Shown: positions 38,757 to 51,861, counted from the stretch's first letter. The stretch: DNA of 64,000 bases from Rhizophagus irregularis (GCF_026210795.1 NC_089429.1:4092001-4156000); one strand, 5' to 3'. Notes: generated by a model not told the origin, from the sequence alone. Made by a program: numbers and translations.

Positions 38757-39485
38757 GTAAACTGTTTGCACTTTAGCATTAAATACTTTGCCTATTGGCA
38801 AACTGTTTGCACTTTAGCATTAAATGCTTTGTCCACCTTAGCAAACTGTTCGCACTTTAACATTAAATGCTTTACCTTTTGGCAAACTGTTTGCACTTAT
38901 AGCGTTAAATGCTTTGCCCATCTTAGCTAGCTGTTTGCACTTTAACATTAAATGATTTGCCTATTGGCAAACTGTTTGCACTTTAACGTTAAATTCTTTA
39001 CTCACCTTAGCAAACTGTTCGTATTTTAACATTAAATGATTTGCCTATTGGCAAACTGTTTGCACTTTAGTGTTAAATGCTTTCCCCACCTTAGCAAACT
39101 GTTTACACTTTATAGTGTTAAATGCTTTGCCTATCTTAGTAAAATGTTTGCACTTTAACATTAAATGCTTTGCCTATTGGCAAACTGTTTGCACTTTAAC
39201 ATTAAATGCTTTGCCTATTGGCAAACTGTTTGCACTTTATATCGTTAAATGCTTTGCCCACCTTAGCAAAATGTTTGCACTTTAACATTAAATGCTTTGC
39301 CTATTGGCAAACTGTTTGCACTTTAACGTTAAATGCTTTACTCACCTTAGTAAACTGTTTGCACTTTAACATTAAATGCTTTGCCTATTAGCAACCTGTT
39401 TGCACTTTAACATTAAATTTTTTTCCACCTTAGTAAACTGTTCACACTTTAACATTAAATGCTTTGCCTATTGGCAAACTTTGTG
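38757..39485 (+). repeat. Subterminal 41-45 bp tandem array of the large element
   Basis: About 18 units GCAAACTGTTTGCACTTTAACATTAAATGCTTTGCC(TATTG/CACCTTA), directly inside the right TIR. Confidence 0.9.
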
Positions 39486-40655
39486 TAACATAATTTTAAA
39501 GTTAAACTGTTTGACAATATTGGCAAAGAATTTGACTGTAAGGTCAAATAGTTTGACGATAACAGCAAATCATTTGAACTTCGCAGTTAATCTTGACCGT
39601 CAAACAGTTTAACTCTCAATGTTAAACTTCTGTCCAGCCTGGCATTCCATACAGAACATTTTTAGAAAACGAAGCAGAAAAATTGAAATATTTAATTGCC
39701 ACGCTACACTGATGATATTAAATTACTTAATTAGGATAGGCGTTGTAGATTGTTCTAATGATTATGGCTACTGAATTAAGTAATTGAATAAACTTATTTT
39801 TCGCGTGACTATTTTTTTGTTCCTTATCAAATGTTTTATCTAACTTCACTATATAACCTGTATAGCATGTAAATGCTGAGATGTTAATGACAAAAACCGA
39901 ATAATAATAGTTTTGTAATATGTAATACATAATATTCACTGTCTTCAAGAAAGAACAAGCGAGGAATAATGGTTGAAAATAGTAACCCACCAGAAGTAAG
40001 CACAGATACAAACAGCAATAGACTTCGAGCGGTACAACATTTTACTATCGTGACATCAAACGCAAATGAACATTCTTTTGAACTGAGAGCAGTAAATGAA
40101 AAACACCAGATACGCAAAACTTACTTTAATTATTTCCACATACAGCTCATGTGTTTGCGGAGCTCCGATATCATGTTCTTCATAAACTGTCATCAAGAGT
40201 TTTTTAACGTACAGTAATTGTATTAAATTCTAGTCTGTTAGTCTTCCATATGAGAATTGGCCTAAGTTATAATATTTAGTTTTCTGTTATTATTGGTATA
40301 ACTGCTTACTTGATATTTGTCCACTACAAACGACTGTATGATAAATTACTGCAAAAAATTCTTCATTATTTTGGGAGTACGCTTACCCTCGAAGAGGTGA
40401 ATAAAGTGGGTTATATTGAAGAAATTATGAAGGAATACAAAAAGAAAACAGAGATGAGCGAAATTCTCATCAAGCTTATTATGCAATTTATTTTTACAAA
40501 ATTGAAGAAATTATGTTAATTACGCTTTATTTCTAGTAATTGTCTAACTATAGTTTTAAGTAGATACAAAAAATATATATACTGTATATTTGATACAAAA
40601 AAAAATATACAAATTCGTTCAGTTACATGATATAGACAACATAAGTAAAAAACAT

Positions 40656-41078
40656 TTATTTTTCTTCAAATATCCATCCCAATTGATTAGTACCAGCAAT
40701 AATAAATCCATTATTTCCAATATTTGCAAACTGATTGCTATGTTGAACAAGTTGAATGGCATGCTCGCTAGCTTTAGAAGGAACAAATATCCATTCCTGA
40801 TTTAGCTGAAAAATATTTCCTTCAAGAGTAAGAAGATTTCCATTACCCTTGTATGTGACATAGAGGTCAGGATTATTACTGGGACTAATAGTAAAGCCAC
40901 CAGGAGCAGTAGTTAATATCCACTTTGCACCTGCGACTTGTAGACCAATATGATTAGTTTTATCTGCTGCCCAATATAGTTTGGATTTAGGGTCTCGAAT
41001 AGTATAAGTCTTCTGTTGCTGAGACGACCCAACAGCAAGAAGGGTGGCTAAAAGGAGCAAAAAAAGGTTGAATTTCAT
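40656..41078 (-). CDS. Small secreted protein, ricin-B/beta-trefoil lectin-like (140 aa)
   Basis: Signal peptide MKFNLFLLLLATLLAVGS; three subrepeats ending KWIL, NQEWIF, LGWIF; intact and intronless. Confidence 0.7.
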   Translation of the reverse strand: MKFNLFLLLLATLLAVGSSQQQKTYTIRDPKSKLYWAADKTNHIGLQVAGAKWILTTAPGGFTISPSNNPDLYVTYKGNGNLLTLEGNIFQLNQEWIFVPSKASEHAIQLVQHSNQFANIGNNGFIIAGTNQLGWIFEEK

Positions 41079-42267
41079 TTTGATTTTGTTTTGCAGAGTT
41101 GTTTTCAAACAGTGCAGAGTCAAGAAGTATTTATACATATAAAATCAGTACAAAGGCGATGCTAGAAAAACAATTCCCTTGGATTATTGATGCTTTACGA
41201 AAATGACAACACGTCATAAATAGCTTAGCGAGCGAAAGGAAAAATGAAGATGACCTAGTAGCAATATCAAAGTTATGCCACTATGATGATAAAGAATTCG
41301 TGGCCATGTATATATGACATGTGTTGCGGGCAGCCATGGGAATTGTTCTTTCAATGACGCTTCTTTTTAGTATTTTCATATGCTTGCATTTGATCTAACT
41401 TGGAAATTATTCTAGAGGTCACACGTAAACTCTGAAGATTCATACAAATGTCCTCAGTTAACGAATACCAGCACTGGTATTTTCGATAAAAGTTCCATCT
41501 ATCCTGCAGTTAACCAATAAATTTCCATTATTGATGTGAGATATATCACTCACAATTCTTGATTATTGAATGCGTAATGAAAGCTAATCAATAATTTGTG
41601 TGCAATCGCTTGATATCGATCAACAAAAAAGAAATACCATGGTTATTTTATTTCTTTACCCGGAGAAGGATTATCCTGGATTGCTGATTTTTATCTCAAT
41701 TGGTACTAATGTGATAAACATAACAAGTACTTCGTGCTCAGAATTGGATTTCCGTCCACTTTACTTGCTGGAGGATTGATTAAGATGGGTAACAAGTGTA
41801 TAGAGTTTATGAATAAAAAAAGAAAACCATAATTTACAGGTTGCTTATCATTAGATCACAAGAAAACATACAAGAAATCTAATCACAGCTTTGAATTTAT
41901 AACGTCAAGAACACTGTTTTGATAATTTTTAACCTGTATTGATAAAACTTTTTATGATACTATAAATGATATTTGCAAAAAAAATAAAACTCTATCACTA
42001 TACATAAATCAGAGATTATAATCATCCAGATGGTTTCTTACTAATAATTCAAATATGTAAAATTCATTCATTATCAATCTGTGCATTAAATTCGCGTTTA
42101 TGCATTAAACTTGCGTTTATTAATTTGTGATTTGAAGTAAAAATTAATTCGTAATTTACTGCTTTGCTTTTTTTCATTATATTATATATTATTGTTATTT
42201 CTTGATCATTGATCCGCTGGGACCCCGGAGAGCAGGGGAGGACATGATGCAGTACGTTTGCCTAAGG

Positions 42268-45253
42268 TTACTTTTTATGTTGTTCATTTACCTCTGCCTC
42301 ATTTACCTCTGCCAGAGCTTTTGGCTTTTTATTAGATGAATTTTGACCATTATCAAAATTTCTCTTTCTTGGATTCTTTAACTCCTTGAACATTTCAATA
42401 TGTTTTTCTTCAAAAATACGATTACAATTACTTGCGTCAATAATTGCAACCCATTCTTCTTCCTCAACTTCCATTTCCTTAGCTTCAATTTCCTCCTTTA
42501 GTGTTACTTCAGCAGGATAACTGATGAAAATCCTAAAAATACCATCATAATTCTTTTTGATCAGTTTTGTTACCTTGTCATAAGATATTTCATAAACTTT
42601 CCCTTTCAACTAGTTATAGGATTCGAAAAAAAAAAATTATTAATATTATAAGTTATTGTAAATCAAAGCACATAAACAAAATTTTAAAAGGATAGTACCA
42701 ATTTAGCTTCATCTCCCTTCTTCTTCGGTCTTGTATGGTAAAACTTTTTTGGATCGGTAGTTAATAGAACATCGCCTTTATTTTTTAATCGAAACTTAGC
42801 TTGAATTAAGACAATATATCTAAAATTATATACAATATTTCATTAATATATATTATCTGTATAAATGACATAAATGACAACATACTTTTTGTCCGAGTTC
42901 ACTGGACACATTACTGTTACTACATCTGGTCCTGCAACATTTTCTGGATAAAAGAAAGGAGAAACGGGGTTTTCCAAAAAATTTGGTAGAGTATAATCAG
43001 AAGTACTACGCGTTGCTAGAACAGAGAGTGAGCAATTAGGTGGTTCATAAATCTTCCAATCATTGTATGGAAGCGGTTTTTTAAATATATCACGAACACC
43101 TTCATCTTGGAAAAGCTTAATAATTGCATTAGGAATAAGAAGCTCCCACAATATCCCCATACTAGATGGAGAGAAATCTATATCAGACATCCGTCTCAAA
43201 ATATGCAAAGAAAAGTCGGTATATTTTAAGAAATATCGCAATGCAGACTCTATTACAAGGGGTTCACTGATAATAATCTGCAATTTACTATCTTTTTCTC
43301 TATGCAATAGAGCGACTCCATATTCAAATAATTCCAAGGCAGATTCTTTTTCAACGATAATTGAATTAAGGCCATCGAACCAATTCTTTATCACTGCTCG
43401 TTCCAATAATGATAAAATATCTACTTCACTTTCACCTTCCTTTAAATTATTCCTTATTCCTTGTCGTATAGTATCATTGTTTGTCCGATTGACAATTTTT
43501 ACCATAATGCTTTTATTACTGTCCGGGTCTGTGTAATATCCTTTGAACTTCGCAAACAATTCATCTATACCATAATTGTTATTTAACCATTCTTCAACAA
43601 AGGTTGTTGCAAACCTAACTCGTCCTACAAACCACCGCATAATATCTTGGTGATCATCAAATGGAAACCCAAATTTTGATAGGAAATTTCTGAGCATTTT
43701 AGTTGAACCGAACTCATTCTTTATAACAATCAAATCTTCATTATTCCAAGTTGCTCCCTTCATGGCATGCGAACCAGTAATATCTAGTACCGACTTCATA
43801 GTTAAACCAGTTCCTGAAGGAATAACGCATATGCCCGAAATTGTAAAAGCTCTAATAACTAGTGAATACAATGGTCGACTTTTATCCTTGTCGGTAGTGG
43901 AGGTGAACTTATTCTGAAATCGATCAATGAGTTCTTGGGCCTCGTCCAAAATTACTGGTAGCCTTTTCTAAAAAATTAACAGTACATAATATAAAGTAAA
44001 CAGATTGAAATGAAAACAAAGCAGATGTAAAAATCTTACCTGATTTACAAGAAGCGATATATTACGAATCAATTTTCGAAGATTATCATCCAAATATTGT
44101 TCTGAGATTTTTCTGAATTCCGAGGTTATTTCCTCAAAAATATCATAATCAAAAAAAACAGTTGGACAAAGCTGTAAGATAGCCCAATTGCACGGATTTA
44201 TTTTTCCGTAATTTTCCAATATATAATTGAGAGTATAAATTCGAGCAAACAATAAACATTTGCTATATCTCGTAGCATAAAGATCATTTTTAGGTAATGA
44301 TTCTTTTAATCTTGGAAATATATGATCAATCATCATACGAAGATCACCCGAACCCGGATTCTCCTTTACAAGACCTGTAAAATAAATTCCGTACTTCTTG
44401 CATAACAATTCAATTAATGTCCTTGTCTTCCCAGAGCCAGAAGTCCCCATGACTATCATGATCTCTTTTATCTGTGAAAGGTCTTCTAAAACAGTAGTGT
44501 CGGTTAGCCCATCATTTCCATTTATTGTAGGAAGATCATTCATGAGGAGTAAAGGTCTTTGTTTGTATTTGGGATTTGAGGGAATTTGGAGATCTCGGAT
44601 GGCATTATAGTAAGGATGAGCTTTATCTGGCTTAAAAATAGGAAGTTTAAGCTTTTCACAACAGCATCTTTTAAAAAGTTCTCTGAAATCAGAGAGAATC
44701 GCATCTACATTTGAAACGACAGTCGATGTATCCGACAAATCAATGCTCCACTCTAGTGAATATGATGTAGTCAAATATGTGTGAAGGAAGAGGAAGAAGT
44801 GAAATCAGTTAGTCAATGTCTCCCAATTTTTTATCTTTAGAATAAGAAATTTGGGTGACACTTACCAGTAGCGGAGATGGCAATAATGTGGATGTTAGAC
44901 ACTATATAATTTTGATTATTTAATTCATCTTTAAAATATTCTTCAAACAGTTCTTCAAGTTCCATTTCTTTTCCACCAAGTTTTTGTACAATGTCTTCTT
45001 CGGTAGAAACATTTTTATCTTTGATTTCTCTTTTCTTAACATTAACTTTCCAAAGTTTCATATTGTTGGAATTAACATTTGCCTTACTACAAATATCATT
45101 TTTGAGAAGTACAACTGTAAGTTCGCTTAAGTAGACTTTTAGTTTATGATCATATTGTTGAAGAATGGTGAACTTTTCAGTATTATCATTGAAAAAGGAA
45201 ACCGGAATTAGAATTTCAGGGTTTAGAAATAAACAATTGAACGACCGTGCCAT
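42268..45253 (-). CDS. Crinkler (CRN)-type protein: ubiquitin-like header, P-loop NTPase, PD-(D/E)xK-like nuclease; about 5 exons
   Basis: Header NCLFL...MKLWKVN...IHIIA; Walker A GTSGSGKT; Walker B VILDEAQ; GPDVV...VLIQAKF; canonical GT-AG introns. Confidence 0.8.
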
Positions 45254-45573
45254 TTCGATGATATTGCTAATAAGAGTGAACAAATGTAAGTCAAAAAGAA
45301 ATAAGTTGAAGTAAGCTAAAAAATGTTGAAAGAGTTTTTTGGAGGTATATATACTTGTAAAAACCTCATCATGACTGATAAAATAGACTCGGTGGCTTGT
45401 TGTAAGTTTATCAGTAGCGAAAGAAATGAATCACTTCTCATGAGTAATGCACTCCGGTTTTGTGGGCGCGGTTTGTATCGATCTTCACCATATAAGGAAC
45501 AAGTGACATTTATCTGTCACCTGATCACGTGCAGCCACGAGTTCAAAAACATTAAGTATCTGAGGGACGCAAA

Positions 45574-46290
45574 TAGGGATGGTTAGGTCGGTCCTGGTCC
45601 GGTCCTGGTCCTGGGACCTATAAGTCCTATTGAACGGACCTGCAGACCAGGTCCTGTTAGGACCAGTCCTGGACCTGGTCCCAGGACCTGGTCCTGACTA
45701 AGTTATTTATAGATTTTATGAATTTTAGTAATAATTAAATATAAAAAAAGTGAGTTGCGATATCGGGATTCACTTTTTTATATTGATTTTATATAAAAAA
45801 AGTGAGTTGCGGTATCGGGATTCACTTTTTTATATTGATTTTATATAAAAAAAGTGAGTTGCGATATCGGGATTCACTTTTTTATATTGATTTTATATAA
45901 AAAAAGTGAGTTGCGATATCGCGATTCACTTTTTTATATTGATTTTATATAAAAAAAGTGAGTTGCGGTATCGCGATTCACTTTTTTATATTGATTTTAA
46001 TATAAAAATGTGAATCACAATATCGCAACTCATTTTTTATATGATTTTAATAATATAAAAATTGTATTGCAATATTGCAGTGCACTTTTTTATAATTTAT
46101 AATTACTTAAAATCAAATTTACAGCAAATTATACATATATAATTTAAACATATAGATCTCTTATAACCTTATTGGCTAGGACTTTTTAGGACCTGGTCCG
46201 CTTCTGGTCTAAAATTTGGACCTAAAGATCTGCAGACCAGGTCCTAGGACCAGGTCTTTAGGTCCAGGACCTAGGACTTTACCATCCCTA
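45574..46290. mobile_element. Non-autonomous hAT element (TAGGGATGG termini)
   Basis: 8-bp TSD GACGCAAA, subterminal GGACC/GGTCC clusters, internal ~55-bp palindromic tandem units. Confidence 0.92.
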
Positions 46291-46293
46291 GAC

Positions 46294-46407
46294 GCAAATG
46301 TATCGTTCTTATACGATCAGGTGCTATGTTCTTATACGACGTATATGTCACACAATATAGGTCGTATAAGAAAGTATGTCGTACACGTATAAGAAAGATA
46401 CATTTGC
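46294..46407. repeat. Small hairpin/MITE remnant whose left end was hit by the hAT element
   Basis: GCAAATGTATCGTTCTTATACG ... CGTATAAGAAAGATACATTTGC inverted pair. Confidence 0.65.
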
Positions 46408-46734
46408 TAGTTTGTTTTTAGCGGCCTGATCTTTATTTGTCACTGCATAAAACATCACACCCTACCAAAAACTGCGCCCACAAAACTGGGGTGCATGAGT
46501 AATTATCACGAGTATTGATTATGCAATTTATTTTTCGGTTGTACAATTGACTAAAAAAAATAAAGTGCAGTAACTCACGCAGTAACTTTAAAACCGTTAT
46601 ATTATTTTCTCCAAGCCTGAACTCGTTGAAGTAAATATTTGCAAGAAAATTATTAACAACATTAAAGCTGAACGATATAATACGCAATTAAGGTATGAAT
46701 ATTTCAGCTGTGCAAACTAATGACCATTTTTTAT

Positions 46735-49700
46735 GGGTGTGACGGAAACATGTACTGTATGGATTCCTATGTATGTATGTATGGTGGTCAATGTATGGTA
46801 TACGGTGTACTTTTCATACATACATACTTTTTTATTAAATTATATAATTAGAGAAAACGTATGTATGTATGAAAATAAAATTTCACGTGACTATACATTG
46901 AATTCGGAAATTTTTATAAAAAAAAATCCCTACTGACTACTTCACGTTTTTGATTTTTTTTTAAAAAAAATTTTTTTTCATGTATTAGAACTGTAAACGC
47001 AATTTATATTTTCTTTATTATGATTTATAAACGTATTATTATAAATTTAACAAAAAAATCTAAATATATTTTTTTTTAACGTTTTTGTTGATTTTCTATT
47101 TCTAATGCTTCGGCTTTAGCTTCCATCATTCGTGCTTCAGCCTCAGCTACTCGTGCTTTAATTTCACGCTCCCTTAATATAATTTCCTTCTCTTTAAGTT
47201 CTAACTCAAGATTTTTTTTATGAATCTCTTTAGAAAATGTTTCTTCTTCATTGTCTGATAAAATATTTTCAGCTCTTTCATGATTTTCCTTTGATCTAAT
47301 AGGTGTTCTACTATTAGAAGGTGATAATTTTCTTTTTTTTGATGACTTGGGTAATTTATCATTAAGAGATACTTTATTCTTTTGAATACGAGATGCTATA
47401 TATTATAAAAAAATTTTAAAAATTTTTATAAATAAATAAATTAATTGATAAATAATGTTTTTACTTACTTTTGCGTACAATTGAATTTTGTAATCTCTTA
47501 ACATCACTTTTGTCTCTATGAGTGTAAGGTACTCCATTTTTGTCATGAACTTCAATCGTTGTATAACACCTTGCATCGTACCTTTTTCCTCTTTAAATTA
47601 TTTATAATTAATACATAATATTCATAATATTAAATGTAATTTGGTAATTAAAAAAACTTAAACTAACTTTAAAATGGCTGATAATAACTTCAATTGCTTT
47701 CCTTCTCTGTTAGCCATGGAATGGGCCGCTTCAGCATTATTAGTATCTGATCCACTTTTATTCCAAATCTCATGATCAACATTTGAAACGTATTTATTTA
47801 AGGAAGATAAAACATATGATTGTTGATAATAATTCAACCATTCTATAAGAAAAAACATTTTTAAAAATTTATATTAATTCTTTTAAACTTCTAAAATAAA
47901 TAAATAATATACCTTTTATTCCTTCATCATTTGTATCTTCTATTTGTTGCAGAAGATCATGAACTTGTTCTTTACTAGTTGCATTAGGAATTTGTCGTAT
48001 TAAATTTTTCGTGCTTATAGTAAATGTTTTATGAAATAAATTTCTAAAAAAAAAATAAATTAATTAAATTAAAAGTAAAAGAGATAACTATTCAATAAAT
48101 TTATAAATACCTTTCAAAGTGTACAAGGCATGTTTTCAAAATAAATGTCAAGTGTGTTTCCCAACTTTTTCGTGATCCAAATCATGTAATGCTAATCCTA
48201 ACCCCTTAGCCTGTGCAGCGTCCAGATCAGCCAGAATACATCCAATACCACTTCCATGAATATGTCGAAATTGAATAGATTGACCACTTACTTCACGAAT
48301 TATTTGGAATAAAGATGAGAATAACCTATGATACCCTTCAGCAGTAAAAACATTAGTAAATATACGACAAAATGACAATACTTAAAAAAAAAACTATGGT
48401 TAGTAACATCATTAATGTATATCATTTATAATACATGATGGGATTAATTTAAATAAAAATTTCACTTACTCAGGTGATGTTTGGAATCATACGTGTTAAT
48501 TTCAAATTCATTTATCTCTCCTTTTACTCGTTTAAAGCTGACATCAATTTGAAAATAATCAAGTGTAATTAATTTTTTAGCTTGATTATCAAGCATACAA
48601 GTAATAATTACTTGGCCATTATTTGAATAAAGATCTAAAAATAATAGTTATTATTAATGAGTAATTTAAATAAAATGCATAATAAAATTTTAAAAAATTT
48701 ACCAATTTTGCGAACATAATTTATTAAATCTGATTTGGGATTTAATATATCATGATAAATTCCTATAACTCCTTGTCCAAAAGGATGCAAGGTCTTGTAT
48801 GCTTTTCCTACTAAGTATCGTAATTTGTCTATATTATTGAGAGAGACATGAACTTCTGCCAATGTTTCTTTATTAAAATAAGCACTGAGTAGATTTCCTA
48901 TTAGTTTAATATATCAAAACTAAATTAATTATTAATTGATAATGATAAATAATAATCTTATTAATATTTTATACCTGACAATATTGATCTTGAAGTAACA
49001 TTATCATCTTGTTGAATAGCTTGGGTAATTAAAGATTCTAAGTTATTCTTAATTCCAGAAGGAATCCTCTCAGGTGCTGGGGGTGGATGATTATGTGTTC
49101 CTACACATACAAGTGCTACAAAAGGACATTTGACAATATCATAAGGAATAAATTTGATAAAGCGCACTTGACAAGGTTTGTCAATTATTTCTCCACGGAC
49201 AATAGTTCCATTATGTGTATGTGGCATATCTTAAAATAAAAGAGATTTAGTTATGATTTAAAATAAATTTAATAGTATAATTAAATTTAAATAATTACCA
49301 CATTTTTTACGTTTACAACTTTTAGAAAGTATCATACTACACTTTACTGTATCTTGTACCTAAATAATTGAATAATTTTTAAATTTTAAAAATAGAAAGA
49401 TATAAAATAAATGGCTATCTGCAATTGCTTATAATTTCCAATTTGACAAAAAAAATAATAATGAGAAATAAATAATACTTACAGATGCAGAACCTGTGAA
49501 TAGACTTTGAAGTAATGAAATATCAACTTCATCTTGTTTTATTTTGATATATCGATGCCACTTATCACCTTGTTTGTATTTGTTGCAACCGATAAAATAT
49601 GATACAATATTTGTTTGATAATTAGTTATTCTTCCAATATGAGGTCCTCCATTGCATGGGATATTGTCTTTTTTGAAATTACAAGGAGTATCTTTTGCTG

Positions 49701-51861
49701 CCAAAAATAAACTAGTAAAAATTTGGATTAGTAATTAAAATAAGTTTTATACATTTGAAATTAACAATAATTAGTAAACTTACGTATATGTCTTAGCTTC
49801 TTTAGTATTATTATTATTTTGTTGTGTATAATGTTGAAAAATTTCAGAATCAAAATCAACACTACAGTGTTCTTGATTAACAAGTTCAGGATCAGTGAAC
49901 TGACAAAACTTTATTCCTTGGCATTTTCTTTGATTTTTTTTAACGGGTATTCCTCCAAAAAAAGGGCATTCTTGAATATTTGTGGTACCGCCTGAACCAT
50001 TTGTTGAATATTGAATCTACATTGTAATAAAAAGTATTTATAGTTAAAGATCTATAGCTTGTTGTTAAATTAAAGGTAAATAATATATACTTACATCTGA
50101 AAACGCGTCTGTATGATTTTTCCATCCAGTTACATTGTAAACGGTTGCAACTCCTTCTGAAGATGTATCTGGATATTCTATAGGAACAGTTGTATATATA
50201 ACTTTGGGAACTCGCAGTTGAGAAGTAAAGAAAGCTAATGTTTCTTCGCTTTCTAATTCGTTTTCGCTATCACTATTATTCTCTCTCTATTTTTGTTTAT
50301 TAGCTTTTAATAATTTTCTCTTTAATAAAATAATATAATTTGAATAACATTTACTTACCATTTTAATTAAGTCTTTCTCATTATAATCATCTATATCCGA
50401 AAGTTCAATAATCGAAGACATTATGAAGCTTGCGATTAATCGAAGATTGATTATGTTTTAAAAAGTGTATTCTGAAAAAAACGCGTTACAAAATTTTTTA
50501 AAAAAATGAATGTTACGTGTTGTATGTACTAGTTCTATGAATTTAACTTAAAAAGCTAAATCATGGTTTAAAAAGATAAAAAAGGAATAAAAATTAGTTT
50601 TATTAATCATTTTAACGTGAAAAAAACCCAATTATAGTTAAATAAAAAAATTCTCAATTAAAAAAATATACCATCAAAGTGCCTAATTACTATTTGAGAT
50701 TCTGAAGATTCAATTAACTCCCATCCCTAACAGATTGGACCACCCATTTGCAGGAAATTTTCATTTAAATTGTTAACTTGCGGGAAATTTTTCAATTATC
50801 TACATAAATTACTATTTGATTAGATAGTTAATAAATCAGCAAACAAATACTTTCACACCCCCAAAAATATTTTTTCCTGAAACAGACATTTTCCGTAAGT
50901 AAATTATTTACTAACCTTTTTCCCAGATCAAATTAAGTGCGAAAAATGTCAAAAATATTGGAAATTCATTTATTTATATTAGATCGATACAATAAAATCT
51001 GATCTCGTAACACATCAATGACGTCTTATCAATTAATGTAACTAAATTTAATATATTACTATATATATACAAGAATATATCGAAAAAAAAATTTTATTTA
51101 ATACGCCAACAATCTAATACAATAAAGGTAAATGAAATATTAATAATATTAATGACATCACTAAAAGAAATGATAACTTCTACATGTGCCTTGAAATCTC
51201 TTATAAAAAGAATCTTTTCTCTTCAATTACCATTAAAGAGGAATACATGCAATTCCTTAAAAATCCATAATGTTGCTGGAAGAAAAAACAACTTCTTACA
51301 CTAAAAGTTACCCGAAAATTCTTTAAAACATTTGTTTCAAATTCCCAACAAATGACTTAAAATCGGAAAAACAGGAAAAAAGGCATTAATGTTTTTTCAT
51401 AATGCCGTTAACCACTTTATACCAACCCAAAGATGCTTACCTTAATAGTTCCGTTCCAAAGGAAACTCTGAACCCTAAAAAAATAAGGTGCTAGTCTTTT
51501 CAAAATGTCATTAACATCGCGTCATTACAACTACACATTTATTAAGAAGAAATAAAAAAAACGGGTTAATATCGTTTTTAAAAGTAAATTTAAATAAAAC
51601 TCTTACCACTTACCAGAAATCTGTTAAAAAAATAAAAAAATAAACATAGTTTCGTTTCAAAAAATTTGAGAAAAAAAAGAGCCAAGTCACAATCATGTGA
51701 AAAAAATGTTGTTTATACAATCATACGGTCATACTTTATTTTCTGGTTCGAGATAAATATACATGTACGAAATCATTACCATACATAGCATACATGTAAC
51801 AGTTTGTAACACCATACATACATACATCGGTTTCCATACAATACTTGTTTTTTATATAATC
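46735..51861 (-). mobile_element. Divergent Mutator-like DNA transposon
   Basis: Imperfect TIR (AAACATGTACTGTATGGATTCCTATGTATGTATGTATGGTG vs CACCATACATACATACATCGGTTTCCATACAATACTTGTTT), 9-bp TSD ATTTTTTAT. Confidence 0.8.
47076..50421 (-). pseudogene. Intron-rich Mutator-like DDE transposase with Cys-rich N-terminus, frameshifted
   Basis: More than 10 exons; HNHPPP; FQIDVSFKRV (D1); ILADLDAAQ (D2); CLVH (CxxH); TNNAEAAH (E); C-terminal coiled-coil. Frameshift near 48165. Confidence 0.75.

Larger units (their letters stand above)
1333..39652 (+). mobile_element. Large IS3EU-like DNA transposon (integrase plus HECT-like cargo), inflated by nested insertions
   Basis: GTATGGAATGCCAGGCTGGACAGA at 1333 is the exact reverse complement of 39629-39652, and imperfect similarity continues for about 170 bp. 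Encloses an rve-type integrase (26398-27850). TSD ambiguous: AGAATA/AGAACA, or CAGA/CAGA if the element is 1357-39651. Confidence 0.65.

Noticed and set aside
38757..39485. CRISPR-like array
   Set aside because: Units are contiguous with no unique spacers, the context is eukaryotic, and there are no cas genes.
1333..39652. Polinton/Maverick or Starship identity for the large element
   Set aside because: No protein-primed PolB, capsid, packaging ATPase or tyrosine recombinase is visible. The integrase motifs are of the IS3-like type.
45738..46095. CRISPR-like palindromic repeats
   Set aside because: No spacers; the array lies inside a hAT MITE.
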